Shown here piece by piece: positions 47,661-61,944 of a stretch of DNA of 64,000 nucleotides; position 1 is the stretch's first letter, and each line of letters begins with the position of its first letter. A model generated the notes under the pieces. It was not told the DNA's origin, made no database searches, and worked only from the letters and a program-made list of their open reading frames with translations. The stretch lies in NCBI RefSeq assembly GCF_009914755.1, contig NC_060933.1, one strand, 5' to 3'. Both the position numbers and the translations under genes were made by a program. This DNA comes from the human T2T-CHM13v2.0 reference genome, Homo sapiens.

Positions 47661-48297
47661 GGTGAGGAGAGAGCTCCTCGAGGTCACCTGCGGGTTGGGG
47701 ATGTGACAGTTTCTGAGCGGCAGTGTTAAGTTGTCCTCCAAAGAGTCTGCACCAATTTCCACGTCCACCAGCATGCTCGGGAGCGTGTCCATTTTCTCCA
47801 CCCCTTGCGAGGCCTGTGGGGATCTTGGACCTGGTTCCTGTGAGCAGCCTCTTGCGACAGCCATAGGTTGATGTTCACTGTCTGTGTGGGTTCTTGGTTA
47901 CCCCTGCATCAAACATCAACTCTGTGATGAATCCACTTATTCCCAACCACTGCTTTTCAAAGTCACCCCGTCTTCCTTCCCCTTTCCTCTGAGTTTCCCT
48001 GAAAGAGATGAAATTTCTCAGAAGGATTCGGTTGCCTTTAAGGTGCCATGATGTGCCCGGTGGCCCTGAATTAAACACCACACCACATGGTTACACCCAG
48101 GCTGACTGGCTGCCCATGTGCTTCTCACGAACGGCACGTGCTCCATACTTGTGTGTGTTTTCTGCTTCCATCATCACTGCAACCCAGAGACAGAGTTTCT
48201 ATATTTCCTGTTTTGCAGATGTAAACTGATTTTTAAGCTGCACAGCTACTAAATGCGTGAACCAGGATTTGAGTCTAATGTCTCCCTTGCATTTATG

Positions 48298-48520
48298 ACT
48301 TCATTCATTCTGTGTCTATACCATGTGCAGCCCTGCTATGTGGGAGTGTGAGATGCACTGTGCCAAGTGCTGAGAATGCAATTCTGAACAAGACATACTT
48401 CCTGTCCTTGCAGAGTTTACACTTCAGTAGGGAGGACTGCCGTTAGACAAATAACTCTAAGCTTTAAATCACAACTGTAATAAGTACAACAAAGAAGAAA
48501 TACAGAGAGCCATTAAAACA
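48298..48520 (-). mobile_element. L2 3' end
   Basis: TTCATTCATTC...CACTGTGCCAAGTGCTGAGAATGCAA..GAACAAGACA..CCTGTCCTTGCAGAGTTTAC. Confidence 0.6.
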
Positions 48521-49351
48521 TAAAACAGGGCTTGGGAACCATTCTAGGGATTCAAGGAAGGTTTGGAGAGAGAGTCCTGTAAAGGGGAGCTGAGGTGCCC
48601 CAGCCACCCCAGTCCCCAGCCCCCAGCCCCAAGACCTTTCAGCCCAGCCCATCCTCAGCTCAATTTAGCCACATGAGTGACCCTGAGCAAAACCAACAGA
48701 GGTCAAACCACTATAAGAAACACACACGATTGTTTTTAAGCCACTAAGTTTTGGGGTGGTTTTATACACAGTGATAGAAAACGAAAATAGAATTCAATGG
48801 CTAAACAGAAAATTACATCTTACATTTTTGCTTGTGGTCACTTGGACTGAAGTGCTCAGTAAAGTCAATGTTTTTGCAGCTCATTTGCTGCCATTATAAG
48901 ACAGAATATAGCATATTAGCCATTGAAGCCCTCTAGGTCTTTAAGGGTAGAATGATTACTTTTACAGGCACTTGGATAAATGGAAGAAAAAGAAGTTCAA
49001 ATCCCAACATATGTCCCCAAACCAAGGTCTTCCGAAGGTGTGTGTTAATAGAATCTCTTCTTCTTCCCACAGGGTGATAGTGGCCAAGAATCAGAAGTAG
49101 AGTTGGATCCAGTGGCTTGCCAAGCTGGGGGATAGAGGCATTGAATGCTGGAGTAGGGAGATATGAGGGGGATGGGAAGCCTCAGAGCACCTGAACCCAG
49201 CCACTTGCACGCATACACTCCCTATGTTTCTTTTTGAAGATGCTGTCATGTCCTGGCCGGAGAGAATTACCCTGAAAGAGGACAGATCTACAATTATGCT
49301 CAATCCTTGGGTGGGTGAATTTCAGAGTCAAATCACACGGGAGAAAACGTT

Positions 49352-49820
49352 CTGTGGTAGTTTTAACACGTCTGCATTTCCATGTGGTCTCGCCTTGAAC
49401 CTGGGTGGGCCTTCGTGATGCTCTGTGACTTCTGAGGCTTGGCGAGCTGAGCCCACACAGCTGTGCCTGTTTCTCTTGGGACATTTGCTCTAGGGACCTC
49501 CAGCTGTCCTGTAAGAAGTCCAGCTATGCTGGGGCTGCTGGGTGACAGGAATACATAGATGAATGGGTGAGAGGCCTCACCAGTGGCAGCTTCCAGAAGT
49601 TTGAGTCTTTCAAGCCCAGGAGCCCGACATATGAATGAGGAAACCTCAAAGGCTTCTTGAAGATGTCCCTCCGTTGCTACCGTCTGACTGTAACCACACG
49701 AGAGACCTTGGTGAGAACTGTCCGGCTAAGCTCAGTCAAGCCACAGAATGAGGAGAGGTAATAATAGTGTGTGATTGTATTGTTCTGAGCCACTCTTTGG
49801 GGCTCAGAAAGCTGGAACAC
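49352..49820 (+). mobile_element. MLT1G/H-like MaLR LTR
   Basis: CCTTGAACCTGGGTGGGCC..TGTGACTTCTGAGGCT..GTAAGAAGTCCAGCTA. Confidence 0.6.
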
Positions 49821-49955
49821 TCATTTACCAAATATACTGTGTGACAATGCTGGTTTACACAGGGGATATCTTGGTAATAGGTGTATAAACCTGTGCTAAG
49901 GGTTCAGAAAGCAGCAAGTGTCTTAAGGAAGAGGGAGGAGAAATATCACAAGACA

Positions 49956-50606
49956 GTGAGATGGCTGATTTTATGTGTCGACCTGGCTAGGCTATGGTAC
50001 CCAGTTGTTTGGTCAAACACCAGTCTAGATGTTGTTGTGAGGGTACTTTGTGGATGGCATTAATGTTTACAATCAGTTGATGTTAATTAAAATAGGGTAC
50101 CCTCCCCATAGTGTGGGTGGGCCTCATCCAATCAGTGGGAAGCTGACTGCAACACAGAAATCTTGCCTGACTTTCCAGCCTTGATCAAACTCAGGACTGC
50201 AACATCAACTCTTAGCTGAGTGTCCAGCTCTGTCTTAGAGTTGCCAGGCTTGCCAGCCTCCACAATCATGTGAGCCATTTCCTTAAAACCTCTCTAGATA
50301 CAGATAGAGATATAGAAATAAATTAGATATCAGATGTAGATATAGATACAGACATAGATATAGAAATAGATTAGATATACAGATGTAGATACAGATACAG
50401 ACACAGATATAGAAATAGATATACAGATGTAGATACAGATACAGACGAAGATATAGAAATAGATTAGAAATACAGATGTAGATACAGATACAGACATAGA
50501 TGTAGAAATAGATTAGATATAGGTTAGACACAGATACAGATACAAATGCAGATGTAGATCTAGATACCCTATTGGTTCTGTATCTCTGGAGAACCTTGAC
50601 TGATAA
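49956..50606 (+). mobile_element. MLT2C-like ERVL solo LTR with internal (TAGATA)-derived minisatellite 50295-50565
   Basis: ATTTTATGTGTCGACCTGGCTAGGCTATGGTACCCAG ... TTGGTTCTGTATCTCTGGAGAACCTTGACTGATA. Confidence 0.88.
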
Positions 50607-50756
50607 AACAGTAAAAAGCTTGGCACATGTGTGAACTTGGCTGAGGGTAATGGCAGCACATCCTCTCCAAAGGGAAGGACATTTTACTTGTCCTCGCACC
50701 CCCATTGCTAAGAAGGAAATATGATTCTGGTTTGGCTTCTTTAAAATGCAGTGGCA

Positions 50757-50893
50757 GGCCAAGTGTGATGGCTCACGCCTGAAATCCCAGTGCTTGGGGT
50801 GGCTGAGGCAGGAGGATGGCTTGAGGCCAGGAGGAGTTCAAGATCAGCCTGGGCACATAGTGAGATCTTGTCTCTACAAAAAAATGTTTAAAA
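50757..50893 (+). mobile_element. Alu left monomer (FLAM_C/AluJ)
   Basis: GGCCAAGTGTGATGGCTCACGCCTG ... TGTCTCTACAAAAAAA. Confidence 0.85.
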
Positions 50894-51029
50894 ATGCAGC
50901 GGCAACAGGCACAAAGTTTGGGTATGTCTGTGGGTTCACCAGGAGGCTGGCAGCTGTAGGTGAAGCTCAGAGACACAGCAGGCTCTCCAGCTGGACAGGG
51001 AAGCATAGCCATGGCTCTGCCATGGGCCT

Positions 51030-51720
51030 TGGAGACATTGCATGTCCACGTGGCTTAGGGTCCTGTGTGGAGTCTCTGGCCATCCCATAGGGAATCACAG
51101 GGCAGCCCCATGGCATTTGAAGCACATCAGAACCATCGCAGCTTCAAGGTGTTTCTATTGCTTCAAGGAACTTAATTCTGCCAACAACCACGAGAGCTTG
51201 GAGGAGGACCCCAAGCCTTGTGTGGGACCCAGCCCTGGCTAGTCCTTTGACTGCAATCTTGTGAGTCCCTATGCAGAGATTCCAGCCAAGCTTTACCCAG
51301 ACCCCTGACCAACAGAAACTGTGACATAGTAAATGAGTGTTTTCTTTTTATTTATTTATTTATTTATTTTTTGAGACAGGGTCTCACTCTATCGCTCAGG
51401 TTGGAGTGCAGTGGCATGATCTCTGCTTGCTGCAACCTCCACCTCCTGGGTTCAAGTGATTTTCCCATCTCAGCCATCTAAGTAGCTGGGACTATAGGCA
51501 TGTGCCACCATGCCCGGCTAATTTTTGTATTTTTAATAGAAATGGGGTTTCACCATGTTAACCAGACTGATCTTGAACTCCTGAGCTCAAGTTATCTTCC
51601 AGCCTCAGCCTCCCAAAGTGCTGGGATTACAGATGTGAGCCACTGTGCCTTGCCATAAGTGAGTGTGTTAAACCACCAACTTTGTAGAAGTATGTTATGC
51701 AGTAATATAAAAATAATACA
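51030..51720 (+). mobile_element. MLT1-family LTR fragment, split by an Alu
   Basis: CAAGGAACTTAATTCTGCCAACAACCAC; CCTGACCAACAGAAACTGTGA; TGTTATGCAGTAATA..AATAATACA. Confidence 0.7.
51345..51654 (-). mobile_element. Alu (Jb/S-like) with (TTTA)n tail
   Basis: Full dimer. Confidence 0.94.
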
Positions 51721-53788
51721 AATCCTAATTAACCATACAGCCTTGGCTGCTGATTGAGATTCCAGCATCCTCTAATTCATTTTTTGTTAAAGTTGGGAGT
51801 ATGCACAAGCACTTGTCACCTGGTGGCATTGGTAAATACTGGATGGGGCTTGGCCATTCCCTGAAGGCATCAATTCTCACTCACTCTCTCTGTCTCTGCA
51901 AGCTAAAGGGGAGCCAGATTCTCTCTCACCTGCCTCCTGAAAGCTGGCTTGGGGTTAAAAATCTAGGCCAGGGCAGCTGGAAGCCCCCACCAGGGGTTCT
52001 TTATTAATGATGCAAAGATGCTGGGTAACTTAGAGACCGTTCCTGGGGGAGGTGGCTGAGGCAGGAGGGTGGCCTGGGGATGGGGGGAGACTGTGGTGGT
52101 GGCAGTGATTCCTCCTGGAGACAGGAGACTCCTCTCACTGCTTGTGCCCTCAGCTACCCACCCCTTTCTGCTCCTGTTCTGCTTCTGAGCCTGGCTCTCC
52201 TGATCTCCCCTCAATTCCATGAGTTGCCTACTAGTCTTCCAGTACATTGCTGAAGTTAGCATCTGTCTGCCTCTAAGAACCCTTCCCAATTCAGCTGAGA
52301 AGTGCTGGCTCCTCTGCCCTCCTTACTTTTTCTCATGTCTCCTTACTTGGATAAGTATTGGGTTTCTCAGATTTGATCAATGACATCTCCATAAAGCTAT
52401 CCAGTTGTTGTGTCTAAAATGAAGGCCAACTCAAAGCAGAAACTGTGTGATTTAGTGCTGCTGGGATAGGCGGTTCTCTTATCTAGGTCCCTGTGTGGCC
52501 TGGTACAGCTTGCCCAGACAGCCTGCTCTGATCATGCAGTGAGGAAAAGAAAAAGTCTTTTTTCTGCTTGAGAGAAGCTTCTTCCTTCTTTCTGCTTGAA
52601 CTGTCATTGCTTCTTCTCCCTCTGTGGGGCTATATCTGAAGAATAGGTGATATTTTATATACAGAACAGCATGAGATTTCTCCAGAAGCAGAAGAATAGC
52701 AATGTCCTTAGTGTGGAGTGAACTAGCACCTGAGTGATATTCATTACAGAAATGCGTTTCCAGAAGGGACCAGAAATGTCCCCTTAATGGAAAGAAATTG
52801 CTGCTACGTTAGGATCAAAGATGAAAGGGGAAGGTAATGCGTGCTTAGAAGGAGAGCTTTCCATCTCACACACTGTTCGTGTTGGCTGCAGAACTGGAGG
52901 GTGTCACAGGCGTCTAATGGATATATGCTCCCTGGGCACCACACACTGGGCCCTTGACCACTGCTAGAGCATGGAGGAAGGGGTTTGGGGGGCATGATGA
53001 AGAAAACCTGACTTGTTGTATTCATTAGTGCTTCCATAAGTCAACTTTCGGTAAAAGGCTGCATAATAAATATGTTAAATGGACAAAAGATTTTTATGGG
53101 AGTATTTTATCACTGACATTATTTAGGTCTGTTGGCTCAGGATGTTAATAAAAAGAAGACCCATATGAAGTCACAATTCTGGTGAGTGGAATGAGCAGCC
53201 CAGGGGAGCAGAACCCACAGAAAATGTTCATTTTGACTGCGAAGTAGGTAATAGAGTTTATTTACCTCTAGGCTGGAAGCCAGAATGTAGACAAAAGGCA
53301 TAACCCAGAAATGGACTTCGGAGTGGGTCATTAAGCCACAAATACAGCCCAGCCACTGAGTGAGGAAGAGCAAGGGCTGAAGCCTTGATGGCTGAAATAG
53401 AAAAGCCAGAGCTGGCAGAATTTAGCATCACCTGAAGTCCACTAGACCACTGGGAGGTGAGGCCCCCAGGCCCAGGTCAGCTGCCCAGGACATCAGCACT
53501 TTGTTTGAAGCTGAAATTTTCTCTTAACTGGAGCTTCGATTTTTGAATTGAAAAACTCAAGCCAAAAAAGAAATTTACTTTTTCAGATACAAGAAAAAAG
53601 AATGGTTCAGAACTAGGTGTACACACTGTAATTCATTAATAGATATTATAATAAAGCAGGAAGGTGAGTTTGACACAGTCATTTTCCCATTTAATTATTA
53701 TTAAACACTGAATTCACATGAGAAAATTAATTCTGCAGAAAATTTTATTTGGTTAAGTGAATACCGATGATAGAAAGAGTGATCAGCA

Positions 53789-54098
53789 GGCCAGGCATGG
53801 TGGTTCACACCTGTAATCCCAGCACTTTAGGAGGCTGAGGCAAGAGGATCACTTGAGGCCAGGAGTCTGAGACCACCCTGGCCAACATAGCAAGACCTGA
53901 CCTCTACTGAAAATACAAAAAATTAGCTGGATGTGGTGGTGCATGCCTGTAATCCAGCCACTTGGGAGGCTGAGGCACAAGAATCGCTTGAATCTGGAAG
54001 GTGGAAGTTGAAGTGAGCTGAGATTGCTCTGCTGCACTCCAGCCTGAGTGACAGAGAAGGATTCTGTCTCAAAAACAAAAAACAAACAAACAAAAAAA
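53789..54098 (+). mobile_element. Alu (S/Jb-like)
   Basis: Full dimer; TSD AAA(G/C)AGTGAT(C/T)AGCA. Confidence 0.95.
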
Positions 54099-55632
54099 CA
54101 GTGATTAGCACTGCAAGTGGCATTGTAAGGTAAGGAAGAATAAGAAATGGTTTGCACCTGGCTGGGGACCAGGCAGGGCCAGTGGCAGCACCTCAGTGTG
54201 TTCCTGTGCCCATCACAGAGCCTGGATGTGCTGCAAGTGAGCAAACATCCAGGATAGGATGTGAAAAATGCCAGAATGAGTGACTGGGATGCTAAGTGTA
54301 GTATTAGTTTAGAGAGGTGGGGAATAGGTTGGTGTTTTAAAAAATATTGTATTCAAAGAATAGGTGGGAATTAAATCAGAACCTCAGAATATCTGGGAAG
54401 GAGCCCTGAAATGTTATTTGTTCTGGGCCTTGTCTGGTGACTATTCAGTCTACTTTTTAAATAGTCCTTAATTTAAAATACAATCTTTTCTTTTGTAGCT
54501 GTCACCCTTGGGTGACAAGAGGCTCTGCCGCTTGGAAATCTATAAACAGAATGATGGTTCTGCATGGCAGCCATTTAAATAGTTGAACCCAGCAACTGTA
54601 TCTCCCTTTCCCTCCCTGGAGGCCAACATCTCCGGTTTCTACAAATGTGTCCATGTGGCATGGTGCTCAAGACCTCCTTGTCCCTCTCTGGGTTCCTAGA
54701 ACTGAACAGGTACTACAAGAGGTGTGAACTTCATCAAGCGCAGAGGGACATTCACCTCTTGTGGCCAGATCAGTGGATTGCAATATGGCGGCCATCAGAA
54801 TCAGCCCTGGGGGCCAACCTGGGGCTTCTGGGGTAACCGGTCTTGGGAGCAGGCACCTCCCATGATCCCAACGTGCAGCTTTATCAGCCCAGCTCGTGGA
54901 TGGCTCCTCTGAGTTTACTGTTGATGAAATCGCCCTGGCCAGTACTTGAAGTGTAAGCTGCAGTTGTTGTGTCTTTATTTTGTAATTTTGCAATTGATTG
55001 ATTGGACTATAGGAGGTTTTTTTGGGGTGTCTTCTCAGAACAACTGTCCCTCCTCACTGCCTGATATGGTAGTGGATTTGACCACGCTGGGGGCCCATGG
55101 GTGAGCTGGTCAGAGGCCCAAGATGCATGTGGCAGTGCTGAGAAGGACAAGTGAAGTCACTCCAACCCCTTCTCTTAGGATTTGTAACAGGGTGTCTGGT
55201 GGTGGGTCTTGGAGCTGGGAGTTCACATAGATGCTGGTAGCCATTTGAGGCCTTGTGCAAAATGGATAAACAGAAAAATCCACAGGGTTGGCCATTTTAG
55301 TGGTCAGTATGGTGGCAAAAGTAATATGCATGTGTAATATTGTGTGACATAATGAAAAATCATTGTTTCAAATGTATTCGCTGACATTTGTCATTAATAG
55401 CTGCACTTGGAAATTTTTTCATGTCCTTTACAGTGGTTTCAAAAAAGTTCTTTTTAAACTGGTATCTATGGCCTTGGGATTTATGTATCCACTCTTATTA
55501 ATCTGTGCATCACATAAGTGCAATGATATGACAGCTTACTGAATTAGGGATCTCAAAATGTTGACCTCAAAGACAGGCGCTGTTAAATCAAAGATCAGAG
55601 CTTCCAGTGAAGTTGGCCCCAGATGGTCTCTC

Positions 55633-55932
<300 letters not shown>

Positions 55933-56089
55933 CCCAAATGGCCTCTTGAGGACCTTTGAGACTTGCTCCTGACTAAGGGGGAGTTTTTCCTGGAAATTGT
56001 AATCTCTGATCATTGAAACTACAAGTTATCAAGCATCTTGCTCCACCAACCCTTCTGCCAGGCCCTTCACATATATTAATCAATCTGGT

Positions 56090-56233
56090 GAGTTTTTAGC
56101 ACAAATAATCACTATACTAAAAAAAATACGCATAGGAGGGATATACACTGAAAAAATGATTTGTTGTTTAAATTTGAACTTAACAATTTAACTGGGTGTG
56201 GTGTCTACTTATTTGTTAAGTCTGGCAGCCTTA
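56090..56233. mobile_element. MER53-like hAT MITE fragment
   Basis: TTTGTTGTTT...AATTTAACTGGGTGT...TCTGGCAGCCTTA terminus. Confidence 0.55.
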
Positions 56234-57479
56234 CGGGATGCAGGACAGAGTGCTAGCCTCACTGGGTTTTGTTAAGTTCTTCCTAGCAGAAAAAGACTAG
56301 CCCTTTGCTGCGATGATGCCTCCCCGTTGGGGTGCGGCTGGTCCGTTTGCGAGGGAGGTGGGAACATTTGACTCCCGGCTCATCTCATGCCTGGCACCAG
56401 GCAGGTCGCGCCAGCGCTCTGGGGCCCTTCACCTCCCCAAGTGCGTCTGACTCGCTTGGCCTCTCAGGGGATGAGAGAGGCTTTGTCAGAGCCGTGCCTC
56501 ATTTGCCACTTCAGAGCTTCATGTCTGTTGACATTGCAAAATAGCAGAAGAATTCGACAACAGGCCTTTTCAGAATGTGCACCACGACTGGACAAAGGGC
56601 AGTCCTAAGTGGGTCAGTGGCTGCCCTGGAGAGTTTTCCGGGTGAGGAATCACATCTGTTTACTCAGCCTTCACATGACCTCCATTCTGCCCACCTCCGC
56701 TGCCCACTCGGCCGACTCAAAGGGACAAAGGCGCCGGGTGTGTCCCTCCCTCACTGCGTTGGCGTGCAGCTCCAGTCCCTGCACTGAGGGGCGCTGTGTG
56801 GGAGGCTCCCTGCATGGCCTCTGACACTTTCCAGTTCAGTGGCATTTAGTACCAAGTTAACGCATCAGTTGTCGGGGAGGTCCGGAGAGCCTCCGCCTTG
56901 TGTGTGGTGGACGCTCACCTGAGGCTGGAACGCAAAGGGAGTAGAGCCTTCAAAAGGCTTCTCAAGGCCCTCCTGCCACTGTCTGCGGGGAGTGGCCACA
57001 TTCCGCGCTAAGCAGGCCTCTGCGTTAACACTGTCAGCTTGCGAGGGCCTAGCAGGGGACAGGACATCTGCAGAGGGTGTGCGGTGCCGGCATGGCACCT
57101 CGCTGCGCTGTGGAGGCAGGATGGGCTGGCCACTGCAGGGTTGGTGTGGGGCCGGGGACAGTTCACAACCAACAATCAAAGGTCCCTGTTGGGGGAAGCT
57201 CCTGAAGGTTGGCACTGCGCCAGCCCAATGTTTTGTGTAGCAGAATCTTCCCCTAATTAATTTATCTAAAAGAGAGTGGCCCAGGAGGTTGAGATACTCC
57301 AAAAATTTTCATATTAGTGACATGGGCAGCCTTCCATTATAGGACCATAGGACAAAGCTGTTGCTCTTGGATGATGAGTCACAAAAGCCACAATTTTTTT
57401 TTACATCAAATTATTTATAATTAATGATCGTTTGCAATAAAGACATAAATAAGCAATTTATGCCAGAAAGAAAAACATC

Positions 57480-58300
57480 CAGTAACATAAAGCTAACCTT
57501 ACTTGAAATCAAATAAATTCATATTAAAATAAAATATTTCGCTTATTAAATATTACTTAAAGATCATAATACTCGGAACTGAGAACCACGTGGAGAAAAG
57601 AGCCATATCCTATATTGCTGGTGGTAAAATGTTTGGTATAATCATTTTAAAGCACAACTTGGTAGCCCATACCCAAAACCTTAAATATGTTTATATTCTT
57701 TGACCCAGCAGTTCCACTTCCAGAAATTACTCCGGGGAAATAAATATGGATATGAACAAAGTTTTAGATACAAAGAAGTTCATAGCAATAAAAAGGTTGT
57801 AAATTCTAGTGGTCAATAAATTATTGTATATCCATACAATGGAATATTTAAATAACAATGCAGATGTAGAAAAGCAACTGTATATGAATAGCCAAGAAAA
57901 TTCTGAGAAAGATAAAGGAACGGAGTTTGTTATATGAGCACATACTACAAAGCCAGACATTAAAACAGCGTGGTATTGATTCAGCAAGGATAGATAGATA
58001 AATGAAATAGAGAAGAGTTCATAAACAGAACCATTTATATATGTGTGTATGCAATTTTGTTTGATCACGAGGTGTATCAAAATAGTAAGAAGAGGTTTTG
58101 GAATAAATAATTATCCATTGAGACTCTTACTATAGTCTCAAAAATAAATTCCAGGTGGATTTAGAGAACATCAACTGTAAACAGCAGAGAGGAATACAGA
58201 AGAGAGAAACATTTTCACCCTTTGCAGCTGGGGAAGGATTTCTGAAGCAAGACACAAAGCCAGAAGCTGTGGCAGAGACTGCTACATCTTCATCAAATGA
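57480..58300 (+). mobile_element. Old L1ME fragments
   Basis: CTTTGACCCAGCAGTTCCACTTC; CCATACAATGGAATATT; TAAAACAGCGTGGTATTG. Confidence 0.6.
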
Positions 58301-58606
58301 TGCCCCATTTCTACAGGCACACAGGAAGACGGCATCTCCTACCCTTCCCTGTGTCTGGGTGAGAATATGTGAGTGAGTTCTGCCTGGTGGAAAGTAGGGG
58401 AAAGGGATATGTACCCTGCCTGGCACAGCTCTCACTGACTTCTAAGTAGTGTTGCCTGCTCTGTCTGTCTCCCATGGCCAGGGGGAACACCTCTGGGATG
58501 GCAGAGAAAGAGCTCAGATCCCCGAGTCACTGCCTAGAGGAGAGCAGCCAAGAATGGCTGCTGGAACAGAAACATCTGCATTAGAGATAAAAATAATGTG
58601 TGCATC

Positions 58607-59060
58607 TACTTACAATAGCAAAGACTTGGAACCAACCCAAATGCCCATCAATGATAGACTGGATAAAGAAAATGTGGCACATATACACCATGGAATACTA
58701 TGCAGCCATAAAAAAGAATGAGTTCATGCCCTTTGCAGGGACATGGATGAAGCTGGAAGCCATCATCCTCAGCAAACTAACCCAGGAAGAGAAAACCAAA
58801 CACCACATGTTCTAATTCATAAGTGTGAGTTGAACAATGAGAACACCTGGACACAGGGAGGGGAACATCATACATTAGGGCTTATTAGGAGGTGGGGGGC
58901 AAGGGGAGGGAGAGCACTGGGACAAATACCTAATGCATGCAGGGCTTAAAACCTGGATGACAGGTTGATAGGTGCAGCAAACCACCATGGCACATGTATT
59001 CCTATGTAACAAACCTGCACGTTCTGCACATGTATCCCAGAACTTAAAATGAAAAAAAAA
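58607..59060 (+). mobile_element. L1PA7-10-like 3' end
   Basis: TIAKTWNQPKCPSMIDWIKKMWHIYTMEYYAAIKK; 3'UTR to AGAACTTAAAATG + A9. Confidence 0.93.
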
Positions 59061-59081
59061 GTGTGTGTGTGTGTGTATGTG

Positions 59082-59336
59082 TGTATTCATCAGGGTTCTC
59101 CAGAGAAATAGAACCAATAGGAGATACAAGGGGAAATTTATTATTCGGGGTATTGGCTCAGAGGATCACAGAGGTGGAGAGGTCCCACAATAGGCCATCT
59201 GCAATCTGCAGAACTGGAGCAGCAAAAACAGTAGCATGGCTCAGCTTGGAAGTCTCCGAACCAGGGAAGCAGGTGCTGTAGCCATCAGTTAGAGGCCGAA
59301 AGCCAGAAAGCCCCCAAGGGTGAGAGAGGGAGAGAC

Positions 59337-59371
<35 letters not shown>

Positions 59372-59578
59372 GACAAACAGACAGCAAAGCAAGCTGAATA
59401 CCCACTTCTCCCAGCTGCCATGTCCTGGATGGTGCTCGCCCACATTGTGTGGGTTTTCCTCTCCAAGTCCACTGACTGACATGTCAATCTCTCCAGGAAA
59501 CACCCTCGAACAATGCTTCACCAGACGTCCAAGCCCTCCTCAATCCAGCCAAACTGACACCCAAAATTAGCCATCATT
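59082..59578 (-). mobile_element. MLT2B-like ERVL solo LTR
   Basis: TGTATTCATCAGGGTTCTCCAGAGAAATAGAACCAATAGG ... TGACACCCAAAATTAGCCATCA. Confidence 0.88.
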
Positions 59579-59601
59579 GTGTGTGTGCATGTGTGAAGTC
59601 A

Positions 59602-60041
<440 letters not shown>

Positions 60042-60878
60042 TTAGAACTTACATATAGCAAAATAGGAGATAAGCGAAGTTAAAAGACAAGTAATAGATT
60101 GGTAGAAAATATCTGCAACATATTTAAAAGATAAAATATTGGTAAAAGAAAAGTGCTCCTATAAACCAATAATAAAAGGTAAAACAATTAAATAAAAAAT
60201 AGGTGAAGAATAAAACAAAGATATTCACAAAAATAATATAAAGGACAAATATGAAAATATGATCTACTTTATTTCTAATTATAAAATGCAAATTAAAGCC
60301 ACACTATACTCAGTAATTTGCTCATGCGATTGGGAAATTTTAAAACATTTCATTATATTCAAACATTTGCAAATTATGTGGGGAAAGAGGCATCTATATG
60401 CTGCTTAGCTTTTTTTCTGAATTGTTTTGGCGGTATGTTGCAAATAAAAAATGTTTTGACCTTGAACACATCAATTCCACTTTTCAGAGTCTCCAGTAAA
60501 GGAGAAGCTTAAATAGATTTGGACACCTTCCTATATGGCATATAATACAGTGGTATTAAAAAAAACTCAACTACAAGGAAAAAGCAGAGGTTTTTTTTTT
60601 TCCCACATTGTTACGCAAAATGCCTTGCAATATTCTTTGTATTTCTTCTATTTATGTAAATTTTCCCCAAAATGTCTTTGGTGAAATATATAGGTATGTC
60701 AGCATGTGTGTAAGGGAGTACAGGGTGTGGAGGGAAGGGCCACCACCAGGGTGGAGACAGCTAGGGGTGGTGTAGGCAGTGGAGGACAGAGTAGCTGTGA
60801 GTCTGTAGGCTTCTGGATTGTTTGAGTCATGTTACAAGAATCTGCTAATGTATCATTTGTAAAATTTAAAAAGAAGAA

Positions 60879-61102
<224 letters not shown>

Positions 61103-61419
61103 TCAAAAAAAAAAAATGCTGTAAGTTCTAAAAAGTTCATGGGAACGAAAATGTACAAGTAGAGGAACTGGCATTAGAATGATAGTAACAAAAGCTGTAT
61201 AACAACAGGAAAAATGTCTATAACATGATATGAAAAAATTAAAATTATGGATATGCTATGATGGTTAAATAGAGAACATATTTGCCTGGGAACAAAAAAC
61301 TGAGAGGAAATATTGCAGGACCCTGGCTGATTTTTAAAATCAGTTTTCTAAGCTTTTATTTAAGTATTAAAATGCAGTTCCTCTCTCCCTACACCTTATT
61401 TCTTGGAGGAAGACAAAGG

Positions 61420-61621
61420 TTTTTCTGGTCAATGTTTAACAACCCTGGGAGGGCAGGTGGAGGAGCCCTGATTTGCAGTACCTGCCAATTTCTGTGGTGT
61501 AACTATTCTCACAATAGCTGATTTCAAGCTAGCAACTCAATGTCAACCAGCTTCTAAAATTCCTGGCAAATTAAAAATTGGCTCTCACCAACTCATATGA
61601 GCTGGCTCCAGTACATCATTG
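61420..61621 (-). mobile_element. MER63A-like hAT DNA transposon
   Basis: AATGTTTAACAACC..CCTGATTTG..GATTTCAAGCTA..GCTGGCTCCAGTACATCATTG. Confidence 0.65.
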
Positions 61622-61944
61622 AAGATGGGATGGGGGTGCATAAAGCATGTCTTCTCTTGAATTTCTTGTTTAAGAAGATGTTTCAGGATGACTTGGGATG
61701 TTTCAGGATGTTTTTGGATGACTTACAGTAGTTAATTGAGTGTGTGTGTGGTTTGGGATGTCAACTGTTGTGGGGGCTGGAGTACTTGGGCATGTAACAG
61801 AGATAATATTTAAGAGAAGATTTTTGGACTTATCTTGTGTAAGTTTTTGCTCTGAAATTTCCCACCCTTCAGAACAATGGGATTCAGTGTGCTGGAGACA
61901 GGCAGTGATGAGCTAGACTAAGACATGGCTCAGTTGAGACTGTA

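Noticed and set aside
49055-49310. Plus-strand acceptor TCTTCTTCTTCCCACAG as a coding exon
   Set aside because: Weak donor, no recognisable protein similarity, no chain of compatible exons.
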